Shown piece by piece: positions 36,424 through 45,601 of a DNA stretch of 64,000 nucleotides. Below the pieces are notes generated by a model. The model made no database searches. It was given only the letters and a program-made list of their open reading frames with translations, and was not told the origin of the DNA. The stretch spans positions 31,417 to 95,416 of the forward strand of contig JAPYRG010000003.1 in the NCBI GenBank assembly GCA_029936965.1, in the 5' to 3' direction. How positions within the stretch are numbered: position 1 is the stretch's first letter; every line of letters starts with the position of its first letter. The position numbers and the translations under genes are program-made. Source of the DNA: Fidelibacterota bacterium. GTDB taxonomy: Bacteria; Fidelibacterota; Marinisomatia; Marinisomatales; TCS55.

Positions 36424-39400
36424 TTACCAATCGGTCCCAATAGAAACATAATACTGAGGCCTTGAATACCCGTTTGGATTAACATCCCACGCAGTATCTA
36501 CTCTAAATAAAAATGGTCCTAAAGGAATTTTTACACCAATGCCAGCACCAGCAATTATCGGACTTGCATTGTCCGGGAGTCTATTATCACCATATTTATT
36601 TCGTAGGGCTTTTATTGAATTAAATTCTTCGCTATCATCCCAAGCTGCACCGACGTCAAGAAATAAATAACTTCCAAAATTTGAGAAAACAAATTTATTT
36701 GGAATTCCGAATGCGAATAAAAAAGGAAATCTAAACTCAAAATTCATTAATAAAGTATTACTACCTGTTCTTTCCCAGAAACGATAACCTCTCATTGGAT
36801 ACATAAAATCTGATAGATATACATCAATTAACATTGAAGTATTGCTTGTATCAATAGGTTGGCTTCGGAATCTACTTTCATCTTTCTCACCAAACGTCTC
36901 TCCATTTCCCCAAATCCAATTTTGTAGCCCACCAAGAATAAATTTTTGAGGATTGGGACCAAAACTTTTACCATATGTAACCCTGCTTGCTAAACTAGTA
37001 TATCTGCTGAACATAAAGTATTTTCTAAAATCTAATTTAACTGTTTGATATTTCAATTTGCTCTGACCAGCGCCAGGGCTAATACTTAAGGTAGTGTTTT
37101 GACGAAATCCATCAATTGGACCAGTATATCCATAAACCGTATTATCAAATATATAGCTTGCAGTGAGCATCATAACATCTGCAGCATCTCTAGCACTTTC
37201 ATAATAAGCATATGAAAATATGTCCTGTTGAAATAAGCGATAATCAATTTTATTATATGACAGACCCGTATCAACTCTATTAAATCTATTTATCGGATAT
37301 GACATTAAACCCTGAAACCCATAAAAACGCAATCTGTATAAATTACCATAGTAATCAGAAGTAGCATCTGCTTGATGAAAAAGGGAGAAATAATAATCTG
37401 CACGATTTTTTAAGTATCCATATGTAAAATAATAATCACTCTTATCTAAACTGATAACTAATTCCGTACCAAGAGATATTTGATGATCTCCTAACACATC
37501 ACTAAAAGCAAACTGTGTCATGCCTTGAGCACCAAAAAAACTATTATAACTTGCATAGCCAAATACCATATCCATTGTTAATCTAGTCTTGTATGGTTGT
37601 GGTACATAATTGCCATCAGTTGTTATTAGTGAATCTGATACTTGAAACTGCATAGAGTCAGGTTTGTTATATTCAATATTATTATTATAATTCCCATACT
37701 CTACAGCAAAAATATAATTTGAATAATCCTTTCCAGATGTGCGATTTATATTTATTCCTCTGGATTTATTTTGTCTAAAATCTGCTAGAGCATTATCATC
37801 TAATCCTATATTTTTACTAAACTGTGTCGGTAGCACATTTATTTGTTTCATCTGTAGTGGGTTTGATAAACGAAAGACATCCCATCCGTTGTCCGAATAT
37901 CCTGCAAACACCATCACTTCATCATCCCTTGAAAGACTTATTTGGAATAAGCCAGTAAGTAAGTTGGTTAAAGATTCAATGCTCCCATCATTCATTCTAT
38001 GTCTATACAAATTAGAAATACCATTATTATCAGATGTATAAAACAATACATCATCTGTATTTGCCCATATAGGGTAATTTTCATTCGCATCAGAAAAAGT
38101 GATCCTATCTAATGAATTATTTGATATATCAATAGAATATATATCAGATTGAAAAAAGGATATATCAGCTACAGATACATTTTTTCTTAATTGATTATCA
38201 TCAGATTTAACTCTACTAGATACATAAGCAATTTTACTGCCATCTGAACTCCAAGTGGGCTCTGAATCTGAATAAATATCATTTGTTAAATTTTTTAATG
38301 TCCTATTATTCATATCATAAAGATAAATATCGCTTGAACTAACTTTATTACCAACAAATGCTAACAGATGTCCATCTGGGCTCCATGAAGCAGAGAAAAT
38401 ACCATCAAGATCAAAAGTAAGTTTTTCCTTTTTATTTGGCTTATCAGAATCAATCAAATAAAGCGCATCTTCCGAACCTGCTTTTGCAGCAATTACAATT
38501 CTTTTGTTATCTGGAGACCATGTTATACCGGGTTGAAGCCATTTTAATTCCTCAAAATCCATTGATCGATTACCTTTAACTAATTTTTTAATATTTTTAC
38601 CATCAATTGCATCAATAAGGGTGATATTTGCAAATCCAGATTTATCTTCAAGAATAGCTATTTTACTTCCATCTGGAGAAATTGCAGGAGCAATATTGTA
38701 ATAATTATTCTTCTTTTTATGATCAGTTAATCTTATCGATATATCCTCAATTTCATCTCTACCATCAATATCTGGCCAATATTCTTTTTTCAAATACTTA
38801 TGCCATTGCTTAGTTAAAGATTCAAAATCCATACCAATAGCTTTATCAAATCCTTTTTCAGCATTTTGAACAAATTTCATAGATGTAAAAATTTCTCCAA
38901 TTTTTTCTCTACCATATTTTTGAGCAATAAATCTCCAAAGAGATTGACCTCCTTTATAAGCAAGAAAAGATTCCAGCTGTTGAACCGTTGGCATTTCTTC
39001 ATGCACTGCCAAATCTCTTAAAATCATATCGGATTGAGTATCCCAATTCATTGATAAAAATTCCGCTAGGCCTTCATTGGCCCATAAAGGGACTCGCAAT
39101 TTTACTCTACCTGAATAAACATTTTGTGCAGAACCGTAAATCATATCATTTATTAATGCATGAACAAGTTCATGATGAATTACATGTCGAAATTGGTCAT
39201 AGTCACCCTCAAAGGGTATAACTACCCTATTTTTAAATAATTCCGTTACGCCTCCAATGCCTTCTTGCATATAAGGAAGCACAACATTTGTTTGTTGAAA
39301 ATCATTATGAGAATGATAAATAATTATTGGTACACGTTTTCTAAGTGTCCAACGAAGATGTTTCGATATCTGTTCGTAAGCTTCTTCACCTTTTTCAGCT

Positions 39401-39567
39401 GTGAATTGAGCCAAATCTGTTGCATCTCCGTAATAATAAATATCAAAATGAGGAGATGTTATAAATGACCAATTAAAATTGCGGTATTGAACCTTATTTT
39501 GCCCAAATGACTGGGCAACTAATAAGTTTGTAGCAAATAAAGCTATAATTGTTATCAACCTAAACAT
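36424..39567 (-). CDS. Multidomain outer-membrane protein: MA-clan zinc peptidase-like domain + PD40/TolB-like beta-propeller + Omp85 (surface antigen D15) barrel
   Basis: The start is taken at the ATG at 39567 (MFRLITIIALFATNLLVAQ signal peptide). HHELVHAL plus NEGLAEF form a gluzincin motif. There are at least 5 PD40-like repeats (ISPDGSKIA, WSPDNKRIV, WSPDGHLLAF, WSSDGSKIAYV...). The C-terminal barrel ends ...YYVSIGTDW. Confidence 0.7.
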   Translation of the reverse strand: MFRLITIIALFATNLLVAQSFGQNKVQYRNFNWSFITSPHFDIYYYGDATDLAQFTAEKGEEAYEQISKHLRWTLRKRVPIIIYHSHNDFQQTNVVLPYMQEGIGGVTELFKNRVVIPFEGDYDQFRHVIHHELVHALINDMIYGSAQNVYSGRVKLRVPLWANEGLAEFLSMNWDTQSDMILRDLAVHEEMPTVQQLESFLAYKGGQSLWRFIAQKYGREKIGEIFTSMKFVQNAEKGFDKAIGMDFESLTKQWHKYLKKEYWPDIDGRDEIEDISIRLTDHKKKNNYYNIAPAISPDGSKIAILEDKSGFANITLIDAIDGKNIKKLVKGNRSMDFEELKWLQPGITWSPDNKRIVIAAKAGSEDALYLIDSDKPNKKEKLTFDLDGIFSASWSPDGHLLAFVGNKVSSSDIYLYDMNNRTLKNLTNDIYSDSEPTWSSDGSKIAYVSSRVKSDDNQLRKNVSVADISFFQSDIYSIDISNNSLDRITFSDANENYPIWANTDDVLFYTSDNNGISNLYRHRMNDGSIESLTNLLTGLFQISLSRDDEVMVFAGYSDNGWDVFRLSNPLQMKQINVLPTQFSKNIGLDDNALADFRQNKSRGININRTSGKDYSNYIFAVEYGNYNNNIEYNKPDSMQFQVSDSLITTDGNYVPQPYKTRLTMDMVFGYASYNSFFGAQGMTQFAFSDVLGDHQISLGTELVISLDKSDYYFTYGYLKNRADYYFSLFHQADATSDYYGNLYRLRFYGFQGLMSYPINRFNRVDTGLSYNKIDYRLFQQDIFSYAYYESARDAADVMMLTASYIFDNTVYGYTGPIDGFRQNTTLSISPGAGQSKLKYQTVKLDFRKYFMFSRYTSLASRVTYGKSFGPNPQKFILGGLQNWIWGNGETFGEKDESRFRSQPIDTSNTSMLIDVYLSDFMYPMRGYRFWERTGSNTLLMNFEFRFPFLFAFGIPNKFVFSNFGSYLFLDVGAAWDDSEEFNSIKALRNKYGDNRLPDNASPIIAGAGIGVKIPLGPFLFRVDTAWDVNPNGYSRPQYYVSIGTDW

Positions 39568-39693
39568 AATTATAATCCTATAATTTAATCTACAAGATCT
39601 AAAATTAGACACTATTAAATAAACTAAAGTTAAAAATAACATAAATTGAAATTGATTGCCTATGCAGAAATATAAAGTTTAGTTTCAAATACT

Positions 39694-40440
39694 ATGAATT
39701 TGCCATTGTATTTTATTTCAGATATTCATCTTATGGATGAAACGTCAGATAATTATCATCAAATCAGCAAAAATCTGGAGAATTTCTTTAATCATATATC
39801 TAGCACTGGAGGAACGCTATTTATTAATGGAGATCTATTTGACTTTTATTTTGAATATAAGGATGTGATTCCAAAAAAATATTTTTCTCTATATAACCAA
39901 TTGTACACACTAAAAAATACAGGTGTTGAAATTCATTATATACTGGGAAATCATGATTATTGGGTAATGGATTTTATTGAAAAACAAATAACAACAAAAA
40001 CATATCGCGATGATGTTACTCTGGAATTAAATGGTAAAAAATTCTACATTTCACATGGCGATGGATATCTTTCATGGGATCATGGTTATCGATTTTTGAA
40101 ATATATAATTCAAAGTAAATTATTTACTTGGACATACAGATGGATTCATCCAAACATAGGCTATCGAATTGGTAATTGGATGTCTAAAAAGGGTAAACAT
40201 TATGATCATTCTAAAGAATACAATGAACGGGTTCTTGATGAAATGACTACATTAGCACATAAAAAGATTCGTCAAGGATTTGATTATCTCATTTTAGGCC
40301 ATTATCATCAGGCGGTTGATAAATCAGTAGAAAATGGAAAATTACTTATTTTAGGTGATTGGCTTACCTTTTTTACTTATGGTTATTTTGATGGGAATGA
40401 ACTCTCACTTTTGAGATGGAGAGAAGATGACCGTTCTTAA
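39694..40440 (+). CDS. lpxH: UDP-2,3-diacylglucosamine diphosphatase (LpxH-type metallophosphoesterase)
   Basis: 248 aa. SDIHL, NGDLFDF, GNHD and GH motifs in calcineurin-like order. Confidence 0.7.
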   Translation: MNLPLYFISDIHLMDETSDNYHQISKNLENFFNHISSTGGTLFINGDLFDFYFEYKDVIPKKYFSLYNQLYTLKNTGVEIHYILGNHDYWVMDFIEKQITTKTYRDDVTLELNGKKFYISHGDGYLSWDHGYRFLKYIIQSKLFTWTYRWIHPNIGYRIGNWMSKKGKHYDHSKEYNERVLDEMTTLAHKKIRQGFDYLILGHYHQAVDKSVENGKLLILGDWLTFFTYGYFDGNELSLLRWREDDRS

Positions 40441-41566
40441 ACATACGACTATAATTCTCTTCGCTTTATTTATTTTTAGCAGTTGTTCATTGATAAAGAA
40501 AATTTTCCCAGGAGATGACAAGGAAGCGCCTGGAGTAACTTTTGAATTAATCGATAAGCTAAGAATTGCATATGAAGACGGCCGAATTCAAGCGTTAGAA
40601 GAATTAATTTCAATATATAATGATAGTAGCCTACCATTTGAAGCAAGAATAGAAGCTGGCCGAGTTTTAGGAGAATCTCAACACCCCACAGCCCTTAATG
40701 CTATAGCTCAAGCCGTTGCAAGTGGAGCCGCTCTGGATATTACATTTATGGAAGAATCAATAAAGTTATTAGCAAAATTTAGAGAAAATCCAAAAGCAGC
40801 CGAAGCAATGATCCAGGGGATGGAAAATATTGAATTAAAAACAAACAGTTTGCATATGACTTTAGTTAGAAGTTTGAATAAGATACGTGTGGAAGATCAG
40901 GTGTTAGCTTTACTCGATTTATATGAAATTGCTCATGCGAATGTAGAACGTACAGATTTATTATTAGCTGAGACTTTAGGAGCTATAGGAACGGAAGAAG
41001 TTGTTCCTATTTTAGTTGGTATAGCAAAAAATACTAGCATAAAAATTGGAGTTAGAAATCGTGCGGTTGAAATACTTGGTAAGAAAGATCCTGCCGATGT
41101 TGCTAATGCGTTTGCTGAATTATTAGATGATCCTGCAACTAATCTTGAAGTCCGAGAATTTGCACTAAAGACGATGAAAGGAGTTAGGCAGGAGAATCTA
41201 GTCCTAGCTTTATTAAATACATATAATGCTGGAAGAGGGGAGTATTATAGTCTTTTAAATACACTGTTAGAAGCCCTAGGAAATTTTGATGATCCTCAAG
41301 TATTTAAAGCCATTATAGAGATAGGATTAACTGAAGATTTACCCCTTGATTTAAGAAAAAAAGCTATAGAAAGTCTAGGTGGGTTAAATAATCCAAATGT
41401 TATTCCCCGGTTTTTGCCATTATTAGGAGATGCAAAAAATTATACTTTGCATGGATCCATAATTCAAATGATAGGTCGACTTGGACAACAAGATACCTAT
41501 CATGAAGAATTGCGTCGATTAGCTTTTTCAGCACATATGAAAGAGAGTCAATATCTTGTACCATAA
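40427..41566 (+). CDS. HEAT (PBS-lyase-type) repeat lipoprotein
   Basis: 379 aa. Signal peptide with lipobox FSSC. Repeated ARxxAxxxLGxxxxPxA-type units occur (EARIEAGRVLGESQHPTAL, VRNRAVEILGKKDPADV, LRKKAIESLGGLNNPNV). It overlaps lpxH by 14 nt. Confidence 0.6.
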   Translation: MTVLKHTTIILFALFIFSSCSLIKKIFPGDDKEAPGVTFELIDKLRIAYEDGRIQALEELISIYNDSSLPFEARIEAGRVLGESQHPTALNAIAQAVASGAALDITFMEESIKLLAKFRENPKAAEAMIQGMENIELKTNSLHMTLVRSLNKIRVEDQVLALLDLYEIAHANVERTDLLLAETLGAIGTEEVVPILVGIAKNTSIKIGVRNRAVEILGKKDPADVANAFAELLDDPATNLEVREFALKTMKGVRQENLVLALLNTYNAGRGEYYSLLNTLLEALGNFDDPQVFKAIIEIGLTEDLPLDLRKKAIESLGGLNNPNVIPRFLPLLGDAKNYTLHGSIIQMIGRLGQQDTYHEELRRLAFSAHMKESQYLVP

Positions 41567-42380
41567 AAAGATATTCTTCTTAATTATTATTAATCTTTTA
41601 ATTGGTCAAGACACTACTAAAATAGATAATAATATGATGGAAATATCAGATAATGGAAAAAATGGCGCTGATTCAACTAATACAAGTATACTTGACACTT
41701 CTCTAACTCCCATTCCAAAGCTACGAGACGATAAGGATACATTGTCTCTCCTCCCTTTGGGGAAACCATTTTTTAATTATGATACAGATATAAAACAATT
41801 GCAAAACCAAATTGATTCACTCGGAGCGATGGTTAGTCTACTTCAAAAATTTCAGGCTATGCCTACTTTAAATCAAGATATAATCAATTTAATTAAAGTT
41901 CCTGATATGCAGCATAGAATAGAATTGACAAATGGAACTGTAGTTATGGGTGAAATAATTGATGAGAATTCAGATGCATTATTTATTCAGACAACGCTTG
42001 GACGTTTAGCCATCACAAAAGATAAAGTTGTTTCAGTGCAACAGGAGCTTCCTCCTGGTCCAAAAGTTGAAATGGTGGGGGAACCAAATGTAAATGTTTT
42101 TCTAGATCGAGAAGAAATTATTGGTACAGTTATAAATAGCGGAGAAATAAGAGCTGATTTTGTACGAACTGAAGCAAAACTATGGTCACCTTCTACTGAA
42201 CTGATTGTTATCGATTCCGCATTTGTAGATGGAAATATAATAACATATAAATCTGGTGTAATTAGCGATACTTCACTTAAACCAGGAGAAACTGCTAATT
42301 TTAAAATAATAATTCAAAAGCCAAGTGTTCCAGAAGTTGGATATAGAACCTATGCTATCCGTTGGGCTCGCACATTTTGA
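41556..42380 (+). CDS. Secreted hypothetical protein (coiled-coil + small beta domains)
   Basis: 274 aa. A TTG start keeps the signal peptide (YHKKIFFLIIINLLIG). It overlaps the HEAT gene by 11 nt. No family is recognised. Confidence 0.45.
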   Translation: MYHKKIFFLIIINLLIGQDTTKIDNNMMEISDNGKNGADSTNTSILDTSLTPIPKLRDDKDTLSLLPLGKPFFNYDTDIKQLQNQIDSLGAMVSLLQKFQAMPTLNQDIINLIKVPDMQHRIELTNGTVVMGEIIDENSDALFIQTTLGRLAITKDKVVSVQQELPPGPKVEMVGEPNVNVFLDREEIIGTVINSGEIRADFVRTEAKLWSPSTELIVIDSAFVDGNIITYKSGVISDTSLKPGETANFKIIIQKPSVPEVGYRTYAIRWARTF

Positions 42381-42590
42381 TATTTATTTTATTGTATAAA
42401 AATAACATATAAAATAATCTAACTAACTTCCATCTTCATTCATTTCCTATTTTTATATAAATTATAGGCAATAACTTGTATTTCCTTCGTATTATTAATA
42501 TTTTCAAGTGATATTTTTAATCATATGCTTATATATGATTAAAAACTGACAATAACCGAGGTAAAAAAGGAAAATTTACAGGAGTAATCT

Positions 42591-42929
42591 ATGTCTGACC
42601 CTATGAGTAATATTGAGGGAGATATCCGTGTAAATGGTACTTTATCATGCGATGGAGACCTAATTATAGATGGACAATTAGAAGGCGAATTATCTGTAAA
42701 AGGAAATCTGACTATTACAGAAATTGGTGATGTTGGCGCAGATACTGTAGCTTCCAAATTAACAGTAGCTGGAAAACTAAAGGGTAAAGTCAGTGCTGAA
42801 AAAGGAGTCTTAATAAAGTCAACTGCGAGCGTTTTAGGGCCAATTGAAACTAATCAAATTATTATTGAAGATGGTGCTGATTATTCAGGTACAATTAATA
42901 TGAATGTAGAATTGCCAAAAGACGTATAA
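42591..42929 (+). CDS. Bactofilin (DUF583) paralog 1
   Basis: 112 aa with the bactofilin beta-helix repeat pattern (IEGDIRVNGTLSCDGDLIIDGQLEGELSV...IIIEDGADYSGTINM). AGGAG lies 7 nt upstream of the ATG. Confidence 0.85.
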   Translation: MSDPMSNIEGDIRVNGTLSCDGDLIIDGQLEGELSVKGNLTITEIGDVGADTVASKLTVAGKLKGKVSAEKGVLIKSTASVLGPIETNQIIIEDGADYSGTINMNVELPKDV

Positions 42930-42953
42930 AAATTTGAGAGGTAATATATAATT

Positions 42954-43268
42954 ATGCCAAAAACAACTATTGGAAAATCATTATTCCTTGATGGGGAATT
43001 ATCAGGAATAGACGGTTTAGTTATTGAAGGAAAAATTAATGGTAGGATTGAAGTAGGTGGCGCAATATCTGTTGAAAAAGGATCAGTTGTTAAAGCTGAT
43101 ATCAAGGCCAATAATGTGAAAATTTCAGGAGAAGTAAAAGGGAATATTACCTCAACAGGTAATGTCCATTATATGGAGGACTGTTCTGTAACTGGGGATA
43201 CAACAACATCAAGGATTCTTATTGAAGATGGTGCAACTATAAAAGGCAGTGTGCACATTGATATTTAA
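42954..43268 (+). CDS. Bactofilin (DUF583) paralog 2
   Basis: 104 aa. LDGELSGIDGLVIEGKINGRIEV...ILIEDGATIKGSVHI. Confidence 0.85.
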   Translation: MPKTTIGKSLFLDGELSGIDGLVIEGKINGRIEVGGAISVEKGSVVKADIKANNVKISGEVKGNITSTGNVHYMEDCSVTGDTTTSRILIEDGATIKGSVHIDI

Positions 43269-43281
43269 TAATGGTAGTTAA

Positions 43282-43680
43282 ATGAACAAAAAAGTTCAAC
43301 AAAATATAACAACCTTACATAAAGATATTTCTTTTAATGGAAAGTTAATTGGAGATGAAAGAATTATTATCTCTGGCCAAATGGAAGGAAACCTACAAAC
43401 ATCTCAAGATTTGACTATAGAAAAATCAGGGATTGTAAAAGCAGATATAAAATCTTCAAATCTTGTTTTAAGTGGGATCTTAGTTGGAAATATTGATTCA
43501 AAAGGTGTCGTGACCATTACCAAATCAGGGCGAATGATTGGAGATATTAAATCTGAGAATATTATTATAAATGCAGGCGCTCAATACAAAGGTACTATTT
43601 TAACTAAAGCAAGTTCTAAATTAAATAGCCCGAATAAAGAATCTCCTAGAAAAAACTCTAGATTAAAAACTAAACGTTAA
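43282..43680 (+). CDS. Bactofilin (DUF583) paralog 3 with basic C-terminal tail
   Basis: 132 aa. FNGKLIGDERIIISGQMEGNL...IIINAGAQYKGTI, then the tail KASSKLNSPNKESPRKNSRLKTKR. Confidence 0.85.
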   Translation: MNKKVQQNITTLHKDISFNGKLIGDERIIISGQMEGNLQTSQDLTIEKSGIVKADIKSSNLVLSGILVGNIDSKGVVTITKSGRMIGDIKSENIIINAGAQYKGTILTKASSKLNSPNKESPRKNSRLKTKR

Positions 43681-43792
43681 CATCTATGCAGGGTGCTCAC
43701 CCCTACTAACCTTGCAATTATATATTATATTGTATGATTTCAATAAATTGTATTATTATCAGAAATAAAGGGTTAATTAGCTTAATATAATT

Positions 43793-45601
43793 ATGATAAG
43801 TCTTATACTTTCTGAAAATCATATTCATTATGCTCAATGGGAAACTATAGCTGGATCACAATCGATTGATCTGGTTGGATCTCTTCCATTAAAAACTCCT
43901 CTTTCAGAATTCAAACCTGGCACTGAAGAGTTTACTGCTATGCTAGGTACTGAATTTAGCAAACTTTCCATGCATATCGATATGGTAGGTAAAGAAATTA
44001 TACTAACAATTCCTGATTGGATTGTACATCAAGAATTTATTACCCTAGATAAAGATTTAATTGCTCCAGAGACAAGACAATATCTTGAATGGATATCTGA
44101 AAACAGATGGGGTGGTAAAGCGTCTTATTTTAATACATTAGGTTACTGGGTCAAATCTGATAAATTGGATAAGAATTACGTTCGAAAAACATTGATTCCT
44201 TCAAATGTAGTGGGAACTTTAAAACTAACTATAGCTGAACAAGGAGCTAAGCCTACATGGATGGGGACAAACTCAGAAGCTTTATTAAACGCGCAGGAAA
44301 AAGGTGATATTATATTAGTTAAATCTTCTGGTTTATCTTATGAGTTATTTTATCGATATAAACAAGAAGTTGGTTGGGCCAAAATACGATTTATTAAAAA
44401 TGTTCCTCATATTCAATCAATTAGAGGTCGTAAACGTTCAATAAATACTTTATTAAAACGGTTAGACCTGTATATAAGTGGTGAGTCAGATTGGCTTGGT
44501 TATGATATAGCTTATATTAATCAACTTAGCGCAGGAAGAAGAAAATACTGGGAAAGAAATGAAGAACACGCTGATTCCCCAATGCTTCAACCCTTTGATA
44601 GAGTAAAAATTAAAGGCGAAGTATCTTTTGAAAACCTATCAGTCCTTCACTTAAATGTTCTTACTTCAATTATAGGAACAATTGATAAGCTTCCATTAAT
44701 TAATTTATTTAACGAGCCTGGAATCACTCAATATGAAGAAGGTATGGATATACCTCAGATACAATCGGAAAAAGATAGTAAAGATTATAGTGGTGATATT
44801 GATCCACAAGATAATAATAAAGAAGATTCTAAGATTAAAGAATCAGTTGTTCACAGCTCAATGCTAACATGGATATTATTTACAATTGCTATGGCAGCCT
44901 TCGCATATTGGATCTTTTCTAAAGAATACCCGCAAACAATTAATTATAGAGATCATATTCTAAAATTATCAAAAGAATCTTATTCAATGGCAAATTCAGC
45001 TAACACTATTATTGATGCAATTCCAGATAGCTCATTAATAGAAGTAAAAGTTGTGAATATGATATTACATTTAGAAATGGTAAAGACTGATACGCTTAAT
45101 CCAGTTTCATTTGTCAACGGAAATGAAATATCTTTCTATCAAGATGAAGTATCATGTTGCGGCGGTACAAAACATATTTATGATTATATTTTATATCCAA
45201 ATGATCAAAAAGCTGATAAAAATTGGTTAACAATTGAAGATTTAAAAATAATCTTCGAAGATTATCCAATGGATACAGAAATAGAAGATTTATCAATGAT
45301 AAATCGGAATTTTTTAGTTTTTGATAGATTAAGAATTAAGGCAAATAGTAAAGACGATTTAATTAGAGCCTTAGAACTTTCCACAAATTTAAGTGAAAAT
45401 ATTCTTTTAAGAAAAATTGTGATTACAAATAACCCTGAAAACCCTAGAGTTAATGGAAAACTATATATTGCAGTTATAAAAGAACCTTCATCAGGATTCT
45501 GGGTTTTTAATATTCAGAATACTATAAAAGATATTAAAAATTTGATTATGAATATTAATTTACAGTCTATAGTAAATAAATTTAAGCAGAGCTTTGGTTA
45601 A
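43793..45601 (+). CDS. Hypothetical bitopic membrane protein (cytoplasmic N-domain of about 340 aa, acidic linker, one TM, C-terminal domain of about 220 aa)
   Basis: 602 aa. The single TM is LTWILFTIAMAAFAYWIF, preceded by the acidic EKDSKDYSGDIDPQDNNKEDSKIKE. It is the last gene of the bactofilin string. No motif is recognised with confidence. Confidence 0.55.
   Translation: MISLILSENHIHYAQWETIAGSQSIDLVGSLPLKTPLSEFKPGTEEFTAMLGTEFSKLSMHIDMVGKEIILTIPDWIVHQEFITLDKDLIAPETRQYLEWISENRWGGKASYFNTLGYWVKSDKLDKNYVRKTLIPSNVVGTLKLTIAEQGAKPTWMGTNSEALLNAQEKGDIILVKSSGLSYELFYRYKQEVGWAKIRFIKNVPHIQSIRGRKRSINTLLKRLDLYISGESDWLGYDIAYINQLSAGRRKYWERNEEHADSPMLQPFDRVKIKGEVSFENLSVLHLNVLTSIIGTIDKLPLINLFNEPGITQYEEGMDIPQIQSEKDSKDYSGDIDPQDNNKEDSKIKESVVHSSMLTWILFTIAMAAFAYWIFSKEYPQTINYRDHILKLSKESYSMANSANTIIDAIPDSSLIEVKVVNMILHLEMVKTDTLNPVSFVNGNEISFYQDEVSCCGGTKHIYDYILYPNDQKADKNWLTIEDLKIIFEDYPMDTEIEDLSMINRNFLVFDRLRIKANSKDDLIRALELSTNLSENILLRKIVITNNPENPRVNGKLYIAVIKEPSSGFWVFNIQNTIKDIKNLIMNINLQSIVNKFKQSFG

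Noticed and set aside
39568-39642. Upstream-extended N-termini in the ORF track: 39642 for the 1072-aa ORF, 10925 for the T9SS protein, 8192 (TTG) for thiI, 62025 (GTG) for the DUF4835-like gene, 8292 (TTG) and 28390 (TTG)
   Set aside because: In each case an internal ATG gives a canonical signal peptide or a family-typical N-terminus. The extension adds residues that would bury the signal peptide or has no homolog-like sequence. The shorter starts are preferred, but without certainty.
42466-42479. Sigma-54-like promoter AGGCAATAACTTGT upstream of the bactofilin operon (rpoN is in the window)
   Set aside because: The GG-to-TTG spacing is one nucleotide short of the TGGCAC-N5-TTGC consensus, and the -12 element is TTGT rather than TTGC. 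It is too weak to call.
43687-43700. Weak hairpin (GGGT-gctc-ACCC) after the third bactofilin as a terminator
   Set aside because: The stem is only 4 bp and no T-tract follows. This is insufficient to call a terminator.
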